Shown here: one piece after another, positions 48,001 to 63,065 of the stretch | Layout of the letters: each line of letters opens with the position of its first letter | How positions within the stretch are numbered: position 1 is the stretch's first letter | Assembly (NCBI RefSeq): GCF_009914755.1 | Contig: NC_060929.1 | Source: the human T2T-CHM13v2.0 reference genome, Homo sapiens | Length of the DNA stretch: 64,000 nucleotides | Strand: one strand, 5' to 3' | Position numbers and translations under genes: made by a program | Notes under the pieces: generated by a model | The model's database searches: none | The model's input: the letters and a program-made list of their open reading frames with translations, nothing else | What the model was told of the DNA's origin: nothing

Positions 48001-51000
48001 CTGGGAGGCAGTGTTCTGGGACATGGGGCAGGGGACGAGGGGAGCAGCTTTCCCTTCAGGGAGTCACTGTGGGTGCTCAGATGAATAGTTCCAGGAGCCA
48101 GGATCCCTCGGGTGGTGGCTGTCCAAGGAGTGACAGCCCACGTGCCCATAGGTGGTAAGCTGTGTCGTATGCCCCCAGGCGGCATCCCTCTTTAGTGAGG
48201 CTGTGCTGCAGGCAGGGTGAGGCAGACTTGGTGGGGTTGGGGGTCCAGCAGGGAGCCAGTGGAAGGCAGATCTGGGACCCAGGCTTCAGGGCCGAGCAAC
48301 ATCTGCCCTCCACGGGCTACCTCCTGAGGCTCCTCAGCACATCCCGGAAAGCCAGGCCCTCACCTGGTGTCCTCCACAGCCCAAGGACCCTGATGACAAG
48401 GCATTTGGAAGGGATGAAGCTGAGGTGGTGCTGTGGGGGCTGAGTAAGCCCTGAAGGAGCCCATGGGAGTCCTGGCACCATTCCCGGCTGAGGCCATTTT
48501 GTGGTGTTGTTAACAGAGTGTTTGCTTCTGATCTTCAAAACCTAATGTGAGTTCTAATACCAATTAAAAGCTGGGAAGAAAGGGATCCTTCTCTAAGGCT
48601 AGTTTTTTATACTGTATTTATAACACCTTTTACATCTCAATTTGGTGACTTTAAACCTCAATTGATAACACTTTTTAAATCTCAATATAACCAAGTGGTT
48701 ATATTGCCTCTCAAAAATCATCTAATGAATACAACAAATTTACATTGTTGCCTGGCTACTTTTCAATCTTAATACAACGTTTCAAGGCACAACCAGCTAC
48801 CTTCATCAATAACTTATGTGCACCTGATCCATCAGCCTCTCAAGAATCATTGTTGCCAATATTTAAACCTGGATTATTCACTCTCAGCTGCTGCTTCCAA
48901 AGGCGACTTGTCCCATATTACAACTCCGAGATTTACATTACAAACCTTTAAGGTCAGTGAAATGAAATTAATTAAATTCCTGCCTAGTTCTGTGTTTAAA
49001 CACTTTAGCTTAGCATTCTCAGTGGAGGATTGTTCATAGTACTCTTCTGTGCCTAATGTGGAACAAGTCTGAGTGGGGAGTTCCTGCCACTGTTGAAAGG
49101 ATGGTGGGATGGAGGGTGACATGCCCAGTTGTGGTTGGGTAGAACCTTCCTGGAAGCCACTGTCCTGACTGCCTGCCCAGCACATGCATGTCTACTCCAG
49201 TTGGCTGGGCTCTTTTTTCAGCACCTCCCAAGGTGCATCACGTGCTGTGTGTCTGATGTGTGGCCGTCGACCCTCAGGAGCACTGTGTGGGACTCAGAGA
49301 CTTGCCCATCAGCACTGTGTATCCCAGCAGAACAATGCGTGCCACCCACACATCACTGATGTGTCTTTGGTGAAGTGGGCAAGTGTGGACATGAATTTGT
49401 CATCACAGCAGATGCGTCAGACGCCATTGTTTTTGACCCAGAGTTTGCCCCCATAAAAAATGAATTTTAGACAAACGGCTTGGTTTCTGTAACTAAATTC
49501 TTTATGAAAGACGTTTCAATACATACTTAGAAAGTTCATCTAAAAGTTTTCATTGAAAATGTAATATATTTGATTAAAAGTTCATGAAGCTTCTTTTTTG
49601 AGAAAGTTTATTTTTGATCAGTTAAGTCAAATATAAATATATACTGTTCCAATTGTATCCATGTCATACAAATGCAACTATATAAGCTTTACCTTTCTCT
49701 GTAGTCAGAAAAATACCAGTGTGGGGTGGGAATATTTAAAAACATATCAATTTAAGTGTATTTTTTATTATGATGTAAATCTCAGAGACTCCATGTAGAC
49801 TCAGCCAGAGGATTAAGAGGAGAAAGTTTTGTGTGGGGTGGGGCATCAAGGGTGAGGAAAGTGGGACAAAGACTCTCAAATCCTTTCTCCTTTCTCCAAA
49901 TCTGGCAATAAACAGATCGATTGGTGGGTATTTTCCATAAATGTGTTCCTTATGTTCCATTGCTCCCTGGTACACACGCGTCCTCTTGACTGAGTGACAA
50001 GATACTTACTCTTCCTCCCCATCTCTGATGTCCCAAAAAGTAAGCCCCTTCCACAGCCTCCCCCCACATCACAGCACATGACAAATCTCTCCTCTAATAT
50101 GGAGTTGCAGGGAAAAGTTGAACAAGATGGCGATTATCTTGAGTGCAGCTTCGTTATATTCTAACAGTTCTGTTTCTCCATCTGGCAACAATCTTTCATG
50201 ACGATCAAAAGGCTTTCCAGCCTTCACTGGTTCTTCCTCGCAGTTCATTCCTGTGAGATGGGTGAGCTGCCAGCAGTGTCCTGTGCTAACTGCAGGAAAG
50301 GGGCGGGGAACGGCCATGTCTCAGGTCACGGGAGCACTCCCGTGGCCAGGTCCCTGCCATTCTGGAGAGCCCCGCCTCGGTCCCACCCACAGAGCTCTCT
50401 GGATCCCAGCTTCTGAGCTGTGTCATATCCAGGCAGGAGCATGCCTCTCTCTGTGCTTATCCCCTTAACATTTCCCTCTGGGGTATTTGCCCAAGTGTGC
50501 ATGAGAAGAACAGAAATACGACCTCCGAGACCTACAGTTGTACTGGGGTTCCAGCGCCTCAGTATGCTGGTGCCAACTGCCCTTGGGGCCTTAGCTGCTG
50601 ACCAGAGGCCTGGCCTCTGTTACCTGCCCATTCCTGCATCTGACATGGAATGATCATAACTCCATGAATGATGTGGACCCGTCAGGTCTGTGGGATCATC
50701 AGTAAGCTTTAAATGTTATAAGCAGAAAAATGCATTGATAGTGTTGGTTTTCTCAGACAATCGTCACTTTTAGAAAACGTCATGTTTTTAAGTTGTACTA
50801 TATTATGTTAAGAAACATGTCCACATGATGTTGAGAACATGTTTAAAAAAATAAAAAATAAAAAAAAATACGCACACACAGCCATACATAAATTCTGATC
50901 AATTGAAGGGCTGCTGTAAGGTGTGTTCCCCGAAGCCATCTCCTACCTGGGCTCATTTGGCGGGATTAGTAGACCCCAGGGCAAGGTAGCAGGAGGCCGC

Positions 51001-53199
51001 TGAGTAAGAGAAAGTCCCCTCCAGTGGGTTCTGGGGCTCTCGAGTCTTAACGGCAAAGGTGCATCCCATTGTCTGAGATACCCCCCACTCCCACCGAAGG
51101 TGGGATTTAGCCTGTCAGTGAGAGTAAGAGCACCAGTGAAGACTCCAGAGACCAACCGTGAGGCCACATGCCCTTGTGCAAATGAGGCAGCCGGGCTCCA
51201 GGGACCACACTGTATGATTCCTGGGAAATGGGGATCCTGAAAGCTGTGAGATACGCACACTTCTGGGGGAATATAGATCATAAATATTCCCTTTGCTGTG
51301 GCTAATGTGCACATTTTTTAACTCTCCTATTTACAAACTATTCAAGAGTTCATATTAGTGACTACTGATTGATGATTATATTTTATTGACGAATAGGTAC
51401 TTGCCGTCTATATCATGAAGAGAGATTCCTTTTCAACTGTTTAAATTTGAATGCTATATTCTGTGTCTGGCCACCTTGAACAGAGAGTGCTTTTTCATCT
51501 GCTGTGGGAAATGCTTGGAATGCTTGGGGAAAAGGATTGATCTGAATGATCACTTTTAAGCAGCCTCATCAGCCATGTGTTCCTGCACATAAACCCAGTT
51601 TGTCCATGATTGTGTTTATAACACCTGTCCAAAGGTCTACAGCCATGGAGCGACTCTGTGAAGCGCAGCTGGAAGCTCAGTAGTCCTCCATGCCAGGATA
51701 AAAGCACCAAAATTATAATATCACATTCAATTATTTGAGGGCTTTTCTCACCAGATGGTGTTCATGTGTCACATGCAGAAAACTTGCTTTGTTCTGGCTG
51801 TGTGGTTGGATCAGGGGTTCGCAGGAGCCTGGGTGGAGCGCTGGCTCAAAGCACTGAGAAGGACTCTTGCCCTGCCCTGGGTGCACTGGCACCGCTGAAT
51901 CGAGGACGCTGACGCTCCTGATGAGCATCGCTCAGGACCAAAGGAACTGGTTATCCACACACAGTCAAGCCGCCGGCCGTGTTTACTGCAGCTCAGGCCT
52001 CTTGGTAATCACAACAAACCCACGGAGGGCTTTTGCTTCGTAGAGAGGTCTTGGCTGGAGGACTGGCCCACACCACTGTTGACACACGTTGGTGGGTCTT
52101 GTGAGGAGGCCCAGGGTCTTCTCCTGGGAAGGTGGCTTTGCCAGGGAGAACTGTGCATGCATTCTTGTACCCACTGCAGGCACCCAGCCTGGCTTTTCTT
52201 TCACTTCTCGAAAGTTTTCTAGAAATACGGCTCCCAGGAGCCCCCTCCCAGCCAATGTGTTGACTCTGATATGCTGCTTCCTGGCCTTGCAACAGAACAC
52301 TCAAACCCCTTCTGCTGACGGGCAGTCCTGCGCAGTGGGGAGACACCCAGGAAGCAGGCTCAGAACAAGTCAGGCCGGAGGCCATGGTTCCGCCGGTGCA
52401 TTCAGGGAGTTTCGCTGGAGGATTTCCAGGTGGCAGCAGGATGTGCAAGGCTGCTGGGCGGGAGGCTTTCGTCCAGCAGGCCTGGGCCCCACGTCCATCT
52501 CAGCACTGGCATGGCAGTCGAGCCCCCTGTCCTCCGTCACGTGCCAGGTGGGCATGGTCAGGGCGGACACATCGCAGGTTGGAGGGCCAGAAAACATGGC
52601 TCACGTGTGTGACATTTCCACACACGGGCTCTCTGTGCTGTCCTCACCCTGGAACACATAGCCATGATGACAATGCCCCTTGCCCTTGGTTTCTAGTGCC
52701 ACCTCTTGCCAGGAAACTAGGTTGTCATCATGCAGCCAGTCAATGATAGGATTATTAGTAATGGTAATCAGAAAATAAAAGTTTTTGCTTATAAAAAGAA
52801 AGGGGGAGAAGGGAAATTGTGAGAATTCGGGACAAATTACCTCTCACACACTTTGCGTAAACGTCGGGAGTGACATTGATAGAACTTGATAAAGTGCCGT
52901 GGAAATATAAAAATGGAAGCAAGCTAAAAAGTTTTCAAAATCCTATTTCTGACAGTTTCTGGAGCACATCCAATGCTCATGGGATTGAAAGAGGAAGGAA
53001 TACCAAAATGGACTTGGGCTTATTTGAAGTCTTGGTTACAAATAGATTGGGAAGGTGGTGAATACGCGTGTGTCTCACAGCAACTTCCGAGGGAGACACT
53101 GCTGTCCTGACAGTGTCTACACCAAGTCCAGCCCCCACCAGACGCAGGTGTCGGGCCTCTCCGTGGATACAGAAGGGCTGTGGACAGTGGCTTGGTTGA

Positions 53200-53699
<500 letters not shown>

Positions 53700-53914
53700 T
53701 ATAGTTTTTTAACAGCTACATCTTCCCACATACATGCTTGTGCTGACATTTACGACTTTCCATTGTATTTCAGTAGTTGCAAAGCATGTACTGTTTGGCG
53801 AATTATAAATGTTAGCATCTTAAGCCAAAATTATCACACAAGTCTTTTAACTGATTGGATGCCCACCAGCGTCTACTACCAAAACCAATCAGCAGCCTTG
53901 AAATTTAAGTTTGA

Positions 53915-54340
53915 CCAAATGTCCATCGATGATAGACTGGATTAAGAAAATGTGGCACATATACACCATGGAAAACTATGCAGCCACAAAAAAGGATGAG
54001 TTCATGTCCTTTGTAGGGATGTGGATGAAGCTGGAAACCATCATTCTCAGAAAACTATCACAAGGGCAGAACACCAAACACCGCATGTTCTCACTCATAG
54101 GTGGGAATTGAACAATGAGAACACTTGGACACAGGAAGGGGAACATCACACACTGGGGCCTGTTGTGGGGTGGGGGAGGGGGGAGGGATAGCATTTGGAG
54201 ATATACCTAATGTAAATGACGAGTTAATGGGTGCAGCACACCAACATGGCACATGTATACATATGTAACAAACCTGCACGTTGTGCACATGTTCCCTAGA
54301 ACTTAAAGTATAATAATGATACAAATAAATAAATAAATAA
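53915..54340 (+). mobile_element. 5'-truncated L1PA (L1PA4-like) 3' end
   Basis: The ORF2 C-terminus (DWIKKMWHIYTME...HRMFSLIGGN*), G-rich 3' UTR and (TAAA)n tail are present. 15-bp TSD gaaatttaag(t/g)ttga at 53900-53914 and 54341-54355. Confidence 0.96.
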
Positions 54341-55485
54341 GAAATTTAAGGTTGATAGTCATGTGATACCCAACCTCATCTATTCAAAAGTGTGTGAACA
54401 ATCTAGAATTTGTAATAGGACACTGAATTGATACCCACCTACATCTATTTAACAACACATAGCAATCTTTTAATAATAGTTAAAAATGGTGCCCATCTTT
54501 TCTTTAGCTTTTATTTCCATTATGTTAAAACTGAATTTTAGCTACTGTACTTTTTAAAAAGTTTTTCATTGATCATTCACTCTTCTTTGCAAGAAAAATA
54601 CATATAAAATTAAAATTTTATTTTTTCATAATTTTTGGTAAACTTTTCTTCTGAATTCAATTATCATTGGAAACATTGTTAAAAATTGAATAAAACAATA
54701 GAAATACCTCATATATTTAAGTTATTAAATGTAAAAATTGAATGCTATTGGGAGCAAATCCTCTAAAATACATATTCCCAGATAATATGACTTATGGCTA
54801 GAATGAAACATGATTCAAATTTATTTATTCTGTAGTTGTTATAATTGAGGTCATACATAAGTAGACGTGAATAAAAGTAATTTGGGTATAAAAATATCTT
54901 CTGGTTTTCTGAAACTCTGATTTATAGACCAAAAATTACATAGAGATCTATCAAAAATTAGTCTCAATGGTCATGTGACAACTAGATTCATTCTTCCCTG
55001 AAATTTGATGACTAGAAAGAGCTGGAAGCTACCAGACATGCAGAAGTGTTGTTAATATTGTTTTACCCCGTCACCTTTTCAGCCTGGATCTCTCGTTTGG
55101 TGTCCTAGAGTCTCCTGGGTCAGGACCAGGCTCCACTGCTAGGTTCCTGGTGGTGAGACAGAGCCTTCCTTTCTGATGTGCGAAAAGGGTGACATGGAAG
55201 CTGGGATTCCCAAAAGCAGTGTCTTCAAGCCCATCTGTGCAGCATTCCCCTTGGAAGCCTCTTTCTTGGGGTTTTCAGGCCAGGTTGAAAACTTTGGCTC
55301 CAGATTACCTGGAATGACTTCAAGGCTTTCAGCTTTTCCATATGACTTTTCTGTGTTGGTATGCTGGGAGAGAAATTCTCAACATCCCACATACTTCCGG
55401 ACAAAGGAGGGGAAATCAAATAACAATTCACCATGAGCAACCATCCATGTGTAACTGAGGAAGGCTTAGGGTGAAGCCCCCACTT

Positions 55486-55811
<326 letters not shown>

Positions 55812-56429
55812 TGACTCGTGAAGGAAATGGCACCAAAGAGCTTGTGTAGTTGGACCCTAGGTTTGCTTCCATTCATGCAAGAAAAGCGGAACAAAAGTGT
55901 AGACAGTCTATACCAAGTAACACCAGATGTTTCTAACGGGTTCATAAGCACATGCTTTGGGGGTATTTGTGTAAAAAGCAGGACTGCTGTCTGGAGATCC
56001 TTTGGTCCCTGGTTACATATTACATACCTCATGAACATAATAAAGAGATTAATATAAAGAAAATATGGTACACTCTTAAGTAGCTTTCCAACAGGAAAAA
56101 ATACTTAGTGATATCTTTCACTGTCCATTTCGTTTCCTTTTGCACCTGCAGATGTTGAAACTAGAAAAATGAAGGGCTTGAATCTCCATAAATTATTACT
56201 AGCAACATATGACATGGAATAGAGTATCATTCAGAAGAAACAGAAATCGTGCCTTTAAAAAGCATTTTGTGAGCTGAAATGGGACATATGTCAATCAGGA
56301 AAGATATCTGCATTCCAGGGGCTCAGTGGACAACTGTCACCAGCAGCAGGCAGAACATTGCAGAAAAGCTTGCATGATTCAGTTTCTGTTACATTGGCCC
56401 AGTATTTTAGAAGACTATTTTTAATCTAA

Positions 56430-57250
56430 TTTTTTAAACAAACTTTTTAAAAATCATTTTAAATGTATAGACATTTGCAAATAGAGTTTCAAGAGTTCCC
56501 ACATGTGCTTTCCCTGATGTTCACATCTCATGTAACTATGATACCTTTACCAAAACTACGAAGTGAATGCTGGTCTAATTCTATTACCTAAATCCAGACT
56601 TGACGTGGTGTTCACCAGTTTTTCCACCAACATCCCTTTTCCCACCCAGCATCCGGTCCAGGACATCACATTGCATTTAGTCTTCACAACTCCTCGGCCT
56701 CCTTCAATCTGGGACACTTTCTCACACGTCTTTGTGTTTCATAAATGCCTTTGACGGTCTGAAGGACATCGGTCAGGTATTTTGTAGACTGTCTCTCAAT
56801 TTGAGTTTATTTAAGGTTTACTCATGGTTTGACTGGGGTCATAGGTTTTGAAGAAGAAAACCACAGAGGTGAGGTGGCTTCTTATCACATAGGACTTTGT
56901 GCAGGACCTCCGCAGACACTTCTGGTGATGTCACCTGGACATCACGGCTCACTGCAGCCATGGACAGGTGGCTGGGATGCTGCCGGCAGTCACTGGACTT
57001 CCCTTCCAGACTCTGTTGGAAAATATCACAAAGCCCAGAGGCTGCTCACAGAGGAGAGGCGGAGGGGGAAGCTGCAGCTCCACTTCCTGGAGAGAAGAAT
57101 ATTTACATCTATTATTTGGAATTTCTCCATAAAAGGGGAGGGGGAAGCTGCAGCTCCACTTCCTGAAGAGGAGGATATTTACATTTATTATTTGGAATTT
57201 CTCTGTAAAAGGGATTTGTCCTTCTCCTTTTTATTAATTTATGAAATTTA
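56430..57250 (-). mobile_element. L1MC/MD-like 3' UTR remnant
   Basis: ttcaccagtttttccaccaa...tccaggacatcacattgcatttagtc...ggtcaggtattttgtagactgtctctcaatttgagttt...accacagaggtgaggtg. Confidence 0.8.
57061..57213. repeat. 76-bp tandem duplication within the L1 remnant
   Basis: ggagggggaagctgcagctccacttcctg...tattatttggaatttctc..taaaaggg occurs at 57061 and 57137. Confidence 0.92.
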
Positions 57251-59183
57251 TTCTAGCTAAGAAATTCCCTATGTATTTCATAGATCAATAAAATAAACAA
57301 AATCAATTCTACATGTGTACTTAGAAAAGGTTAGAAAAACTTAACTCTTCAGTGCTAGCGACTGTGCTCCCTCTCCCCCGGCGGCGGGGAGGGGCTCTCG
57401 CTTGTGTATTTCCTTCTTAGAGGTCCACATTGAGCATAGAGACCCACACGAGGTTCAAATGCCAAACTTCAGATGAAAAAGGGCATACGGGCAATGCTGA
57501 GAAAGAACATGGCTGACTATGTATTTTCAGTGGGGATTTTATTTGAAGCATGGAAACTCCTTTTTGTTCCACAATGCTTGTTTTAATTTGCAACCCTTGC
57601 ATTGAGATGCAACAACCTACTCTTACTTTTGGTTAACTCTTGACCAGAATTGAATCCTGCTGTTGGAATTTCAACTGGAAGTGAAGGTAATATTGTTAGG
57701 ATTATATTTCACAGCTCAAAGATTTTGCTAAATGTTCACATCGGCCAGTAATATTTTGTTTAGAGGTGGACACGAGCCCCACCGCTCCCGGCTGAGCAGA
57801 TTCTCTTACAGAGTGTTCTTTGGGAGGTGTAAATGAGGCATAAGTGTTAAAAACGTGGATCCTGGTACCGGGTGATATTTTAAACAATTACAGATGGTGG
57901 CAGGCTGGCTGTAATTGACAGCAGTGTCAGCCCCAGAAAGGGACTTGACAGGCTTCGGCATACGATGATTAATTACTGTGCGCTGTCTCTGGGCATTCCA
58001 ATTTCCTCTCGTGCAGCTCATAGCTGGAGTAAAATCTGTAGCTCCTATTACACCACACAGCACAGGAAATGTCTTTTCAGTGCCCTATCCAAGGACTACT
58101 CACGGCTGGGAAAGTTGCTTGAGCAAGTCTCTCCCTGACAGGTTGTATCTGGAGAAGATTTGGCACAGGGAACCCAGAAAGGATGCAAACAATGGGAGCA
58201 TCCCCTCTCTTCTGTAGTTACTTCAAGCTGGCAACGACTTACAAATTGAGTCAGGCCAATGACCTTCAAACAGACTGGCTCTACTTCTGAAAAAATAGAA
58301 TTGCCTGAAACAACGATGGCTTTGAGGATGATAATAAAAGGATAAAAGAGTCATCTCTTTGTTTGCTTTTATTTCACCAAAATCACATTTGCACTAGCAT
58401 AACGGATAATAGAAGGACACATGCACTTAGATCGTAGGCTACAGAGACACAACTTTGCATTCCACACCCGTTGCTATTTCTCTCCTCTGCTAATTGGAGC
58501 TGGGCACCTCCATCAGCTGGTAGGAGTCATGAAGCCTTGGGTTGAGGGCCGGCAGGCCCTCCCCGCGGCTTCTGCCGGTGGTCACTGTGCGTGGGTGAAC
58601 GGAGTGACCCCGGGCCTATGCTTTGGGCAAATGAACGTGATCACTTTGAATCTTGGCCTTTGGGCAGACGCTTTCTACAACTTCCTAAACCTTGTATTAA
58701 GTTTGACTTCTGGGCAAGTCCCTTTTTTCTTTTACAACTACAAACAATGATGAAGTGTCCCCACCCTCAATACTTGGACTCAGTGGGAAAGAGGTGTTTC
58801 CAAGAGGATCTGGGTGTACTGGGAGACCAGATGAGGTCAGAGGCACAAGGGTGGTGGTGAGGCCAGTGGAACCAGGCAGATTTGGGGTTTGGTGGAGGGT
58901 CTGAAGGTGCTCTAAATGCAGCGTCATAAAATGCTGGGCTCGTTTGTGGAATATTAGGAAGCAGAAGCAGTCAGCAGACAGCCTCAGTCTATAGAGGTGG
59001 AAAATGCAGTGATCGTATTTTAACACCAGGGCCAATGGAAAGCCAAGCAGGAAGGGGTAGAGCTTATCTTAGGATCTGTCGGGGGCCTCTGCCCCCTGCA
59101 CCAGGCAGCAATCCAGAGCAATCCAGACTCTGCACCCTCCTTTGCCTCACCCTGCTCATACCTGCAGCGTTCCATGTTTTTCC

Positions 59184-59209
59184 TTTTTTTTTTTTTTTTT
59201 TTTTTTTTT
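59184..59209. repeat. T26 homopolymer
   Basis: Uninterrupted T run with no adjacent Alu or L1 body. Confidence 0.95.
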
Positions 59210-60843
59210 GGCTCCCCTGGCCAGCAGGACTGGGGAATCTTCAGGCATGCAGTTCCTAGTCATGCATAACATTTGCTCCCTCTGGGTAGCAAAGCCCAGT
59301 ATATGGGCTGGGCCCCAGTGCAACTCCCTGGCCTGGTGCAGCTCTGTGGGTGCAGCGGCAGAAGGCCTGAGTCCTGAACGGGTTCCTGTGGCAAGTTCTA
59401 TGCTTTTCCACGCAAACCACCACGTCTAACAAACAGAGCACCTCCGCAGATGCTTTTCAGGGCCACACCAGGCCATGCTGGTTTCTAAGTTCATTTGTAG
59501 GGATTCTCATCCATGGAGCAGGAAAAGGGAGGCCACTGAGGCAGCTCCATAACATCCGGCCAGGCCTGCAGCCTGTGTATGCCTGGCCCCTCCTGGGACA
59601 GCTGGTGGCTGCAGAAGTGCGGCCCCACGCACGAATGGGATGTCACAACAGCGGGCACCACACACCCAGGACCCGCATTCGAGGGATGTGCAGTGAGAAA
59701 GCTGATCAGATGCCCAGACACAGACACAAGGCACAACACACCCAGACTTGCAGGGAAAGGACTAACAGCCTAGCGACGTCGTCGCATATTGATAAGGGCA
59801 ACAGACCAAAGAAAAACGAGGAGGGGAAGAATTCAAACAGCCAAAGGTACAGCCACAAAAGAGATTCAACTGCAGCTCCCAGGGAAATACGAATGATAAC
59901 CTGCAGATGAACGGCTATTCCAAACCCGACCAAAATCGGTGTGTGGGAGCTGTGTGTAAGGATGGGGCGCCAGGGTCAGGCTGTCACGCGTCTGCTCCTG
60001 CTGCAGCTCTGAAGCCTCGCAGGAGCCAGCCCTGGAGAGCAGGGCCCTCGCTCAGACACCCGCGGGCTTCCTGTGAGTACTTCACTTCATCACATGCTTT
60101 GAATAATAATGCAGAATGACACCTCCACGCAGGGCTGAGGGGATCCAGCGAGCCCCGCATCCTCCTGTCTAGACCGCCTGGGCACGGGGGAGTCTACACT
60201 TTTATTATTTTGAGGAAACACACTCCGTCATGAAGAAAATCTTTTGTGATCAAATTCTAACATCCAATTCTCCATGGCTCTTCAGTTCTGAACAGGATGA
60301 GCCCTGTTTCCTTTCTCTGACAATTACCATCCAGACTTTCAAATCGGAGTCCCAGGAGCTTCCCCAGGTCCTGCAGGAAGCTTGCAGCTCCCCACCGCGT
60401 CTGACCCCAGGGCCAGTGCTGATCCCGGGGTCCAGTTTGTGGGGCGAACCTGACCTTCTGCCGTCTTAGCACACTTCCTAGGCCTAGCTGGGCCACCTCC
60501 TCAGGAAATGAATGGCAGCACGGCTCCAGTCTCCAGAGAGCAGCATTCCACAGTCTCGAAAAGGAAGCAGGCATTTTTCCCAGCCCACTTGCTAGCACAC
60601 CTCACAGGAGGATGGCACTGGGGACTACATCTTGTGATTCTTTGTCTGTTTAGCTTGTGCAGCTTGGTCATCCTGTCCTCTGGCCAGTTGAGGAGGAAGC
60701 GCGTGTGAATGGATTGCAAACCCCACTTTGAGTGCGGTGTTGCCTCCTGGCCAATCAGAGCTGCAGCCTGCAGGGAGACAGCTCAGGTTGTCCCTTGGCA
60801 CCATGGACAGGTGAGGGACATAAGCTATAGAATTGGGGCTACT

Positions 60844-61151
<308 letters not shown>

Positions 61152-61419
61152 CTACTATTTGCACTCCCATAAAGAAGAGGAGAGAATCCCCAGCCAGCAT
61201 TGAAACCTGGGTCTGCAGCCCCCAGGTGTGGTTCTTTCTACCCTAAAGCCCTTGGTCTATGCCGGATCTATTTCAGATGCTACTACAATGTATGCCACTG
61301 CTTGGGTGACCAAATATGTTCTACATGTTTTACCTGGACTAAAGAGAACTCATACTTTATGTGAATTGCAACTGATAATTGGCTGACTTAGCCCATTTGG
61401 CAAACTAGGGAAAAATGAA

Positions 61420-62590
61420 TTTGCAAATCACATGATCGTCAGTGAATTAACACCCTCAATATATAAAGGACACAAGAATAAATAAGGAAAAGCAAAAGTC
61501 CAGGAAAATTGACAAAGGACATGCATAATCTACAAAGAAGAAACATAAATTTCAAGTAAATATTTAAAGGACTTTGCTGTTCACTTGTGATTTGATTTAA
61601 ATTGATGCACATGTAGCAGAAACAACATTTTTCACCTTCAGGTTAGCCAAGGTTTAAGAAATAATCTTATATATTGTGGGAAAAGGTACAGGAAATAAAT
61701 CACTTTTATACACTCGTTGAGAACATAAATTAATACAAGATTCCTGGAGAATAATTTGGCAACATCAAAGCCTCAAAGATTTTCTTCCCTAACACCCATC
61801 TCACTTCTAGGATTTCACGCAGTAAATCACTGGACACTTGGAAAGGATGGCCAATTTAGCAATACTTGCAGTAGTGCCAAATCAGAAGTAGCTTAGATAT
61901 TAAAAATAGGGCTTTGGTTAAATAATTATTGCATTACAATGGAATTAAATGTAGCCATTAAAATAAAAACACAGATCTTTATTTCACATGGAGATATGCT
62001 CATAACATGTTGTTATAGTAAAAGTTACTAAATGTTATGATCCCATTTTAGTAAAATGCGTAAGGATAGTGTATTAGTCTGTTCTCATGATGCTAATAAA
62101 GACATACCCGAGACTTGGTAATTATGAAACAAAGAGGTTTAATGGACTCACAGTTCCTCGTGGTTGGGGAGACCTCACAATCATGATGGAAGGCAAGCAA
62201 GAGCAAGTTACACCTTACATGGCAGCAGGCAGAGAGCTTCTGCAGGGGACACCCCGTTATAAAACCATCAGATCTTGTGAGACTTATTCACTGTCACAAG
62301 AACAGCACAGGAAAAACCCACCTCCATGATTCAGTTCCCTCCTCCCAGGTCCCTCCCATGACATGTGGGAATTATGGCAGCTACAATTCAAGGTGAGATT
62401 TGGGTGGGGACACAGCCAAATCATGTTAGGTAGATAGAAACAAAATAAAAAGTCTGAAGGAAACCTCGTATAATTTAGGGCTTTACAGAGATTATCTGGG
62501 GGTTATAAAATCAGGAACGTTTGTTTTTTAAGTTTCTTTGTTTGATAATTTGCTTTGTTGACAATGGATATTAGTTGCTTTAACATCAAG
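61420..62590 (+). mobile_element. Old L1ME-like 3' remnant split by THE1
   Basis: aattgacaaaggacatg, catttttcaccttcaggttagccaagg, cataaattaatacaagattcctggagaataatttggcaa and tatgatcccattttagtaaaa. Confidence 0.65.
62070..62428 (-). mobile_element. THE1 (B/C-like) solo LTR
   Basis: tgtattagtctgttctcatgatgctaataaagacatacccgagact ... gagatttgggtggggacacagccaaatcatgtta. TSD gatag / ggtag. Confidence 0.93.
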
Positions 62591-62954
62591 ACAAAATTGT
62601 TACTCCAACATTACAAAAAGTGGGTTTTCTATTTGTAGCTCATGAGAACTTGGTCATAGCCAGGAATGATGCCTGTTGGTTGACCATAACAGCTTCATGC
62701 TACTTTCCTAGAGACTTGTTTGCAACAAAGCCCAGGCATGTCCTCCCTGCTCTGTAAAGTGCTCCTGCATCCAAGCTCATTGCGTTTCCATAACCTCAGG
62801 GAACATTCAGCACTGGGCAGCCATTTTTCTCTAGCTCTCTCCATTTTTCTTTTTTTCTTCTACAAGGTAGAATGCAGAATATATTTTATCTTTTTTTAAA
62901 CTAACAATAATATGTTCTAGTTTATGGTAGTAAATCCCTTTTGAGAGGATTCTG

Positions 62955-63065
62955 AAAAAGCCACAAAATATTTCTATAAATATCTGCAATCAAAAAGCCA
63001 CCAAATATTTCCATAAATATCTAGAATCAAAAAGCCACCAAATATTTCTATAAATATCTGCAATC
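62955..63065. repeat. AT-rich minisatellite, 37-bp unit x3
   Basis: aaaaagccaccaaatatttctataaatatctgcaatc at 62955, 62992 and 63029. Confidence 0.93.

Noticed and set aside
52089-52661. 190-aa ORF and other 100-180-aa ORFs in GC-rich unique DNA (5227, 28673, 29552, 36377)
   Set aside because: They overlap ORFs in several frames on both strands, several have non-ATG starts, and none has a recognisable family motif. This is expected by chance at this GC content.
53911-54111. 66-aa ORF matching a known protein end
   Set aside because: It is the C-terminus of L1 ORF2p in a 5'-truncated L1PA copy.
57357-57413. GC-rich hairpin / GC-box as a CpG-island promoter or miRNA
   Set aside because: It is only ~50 bp, the stem is bulged and short, and the surrounding DNA is CpG-poor.
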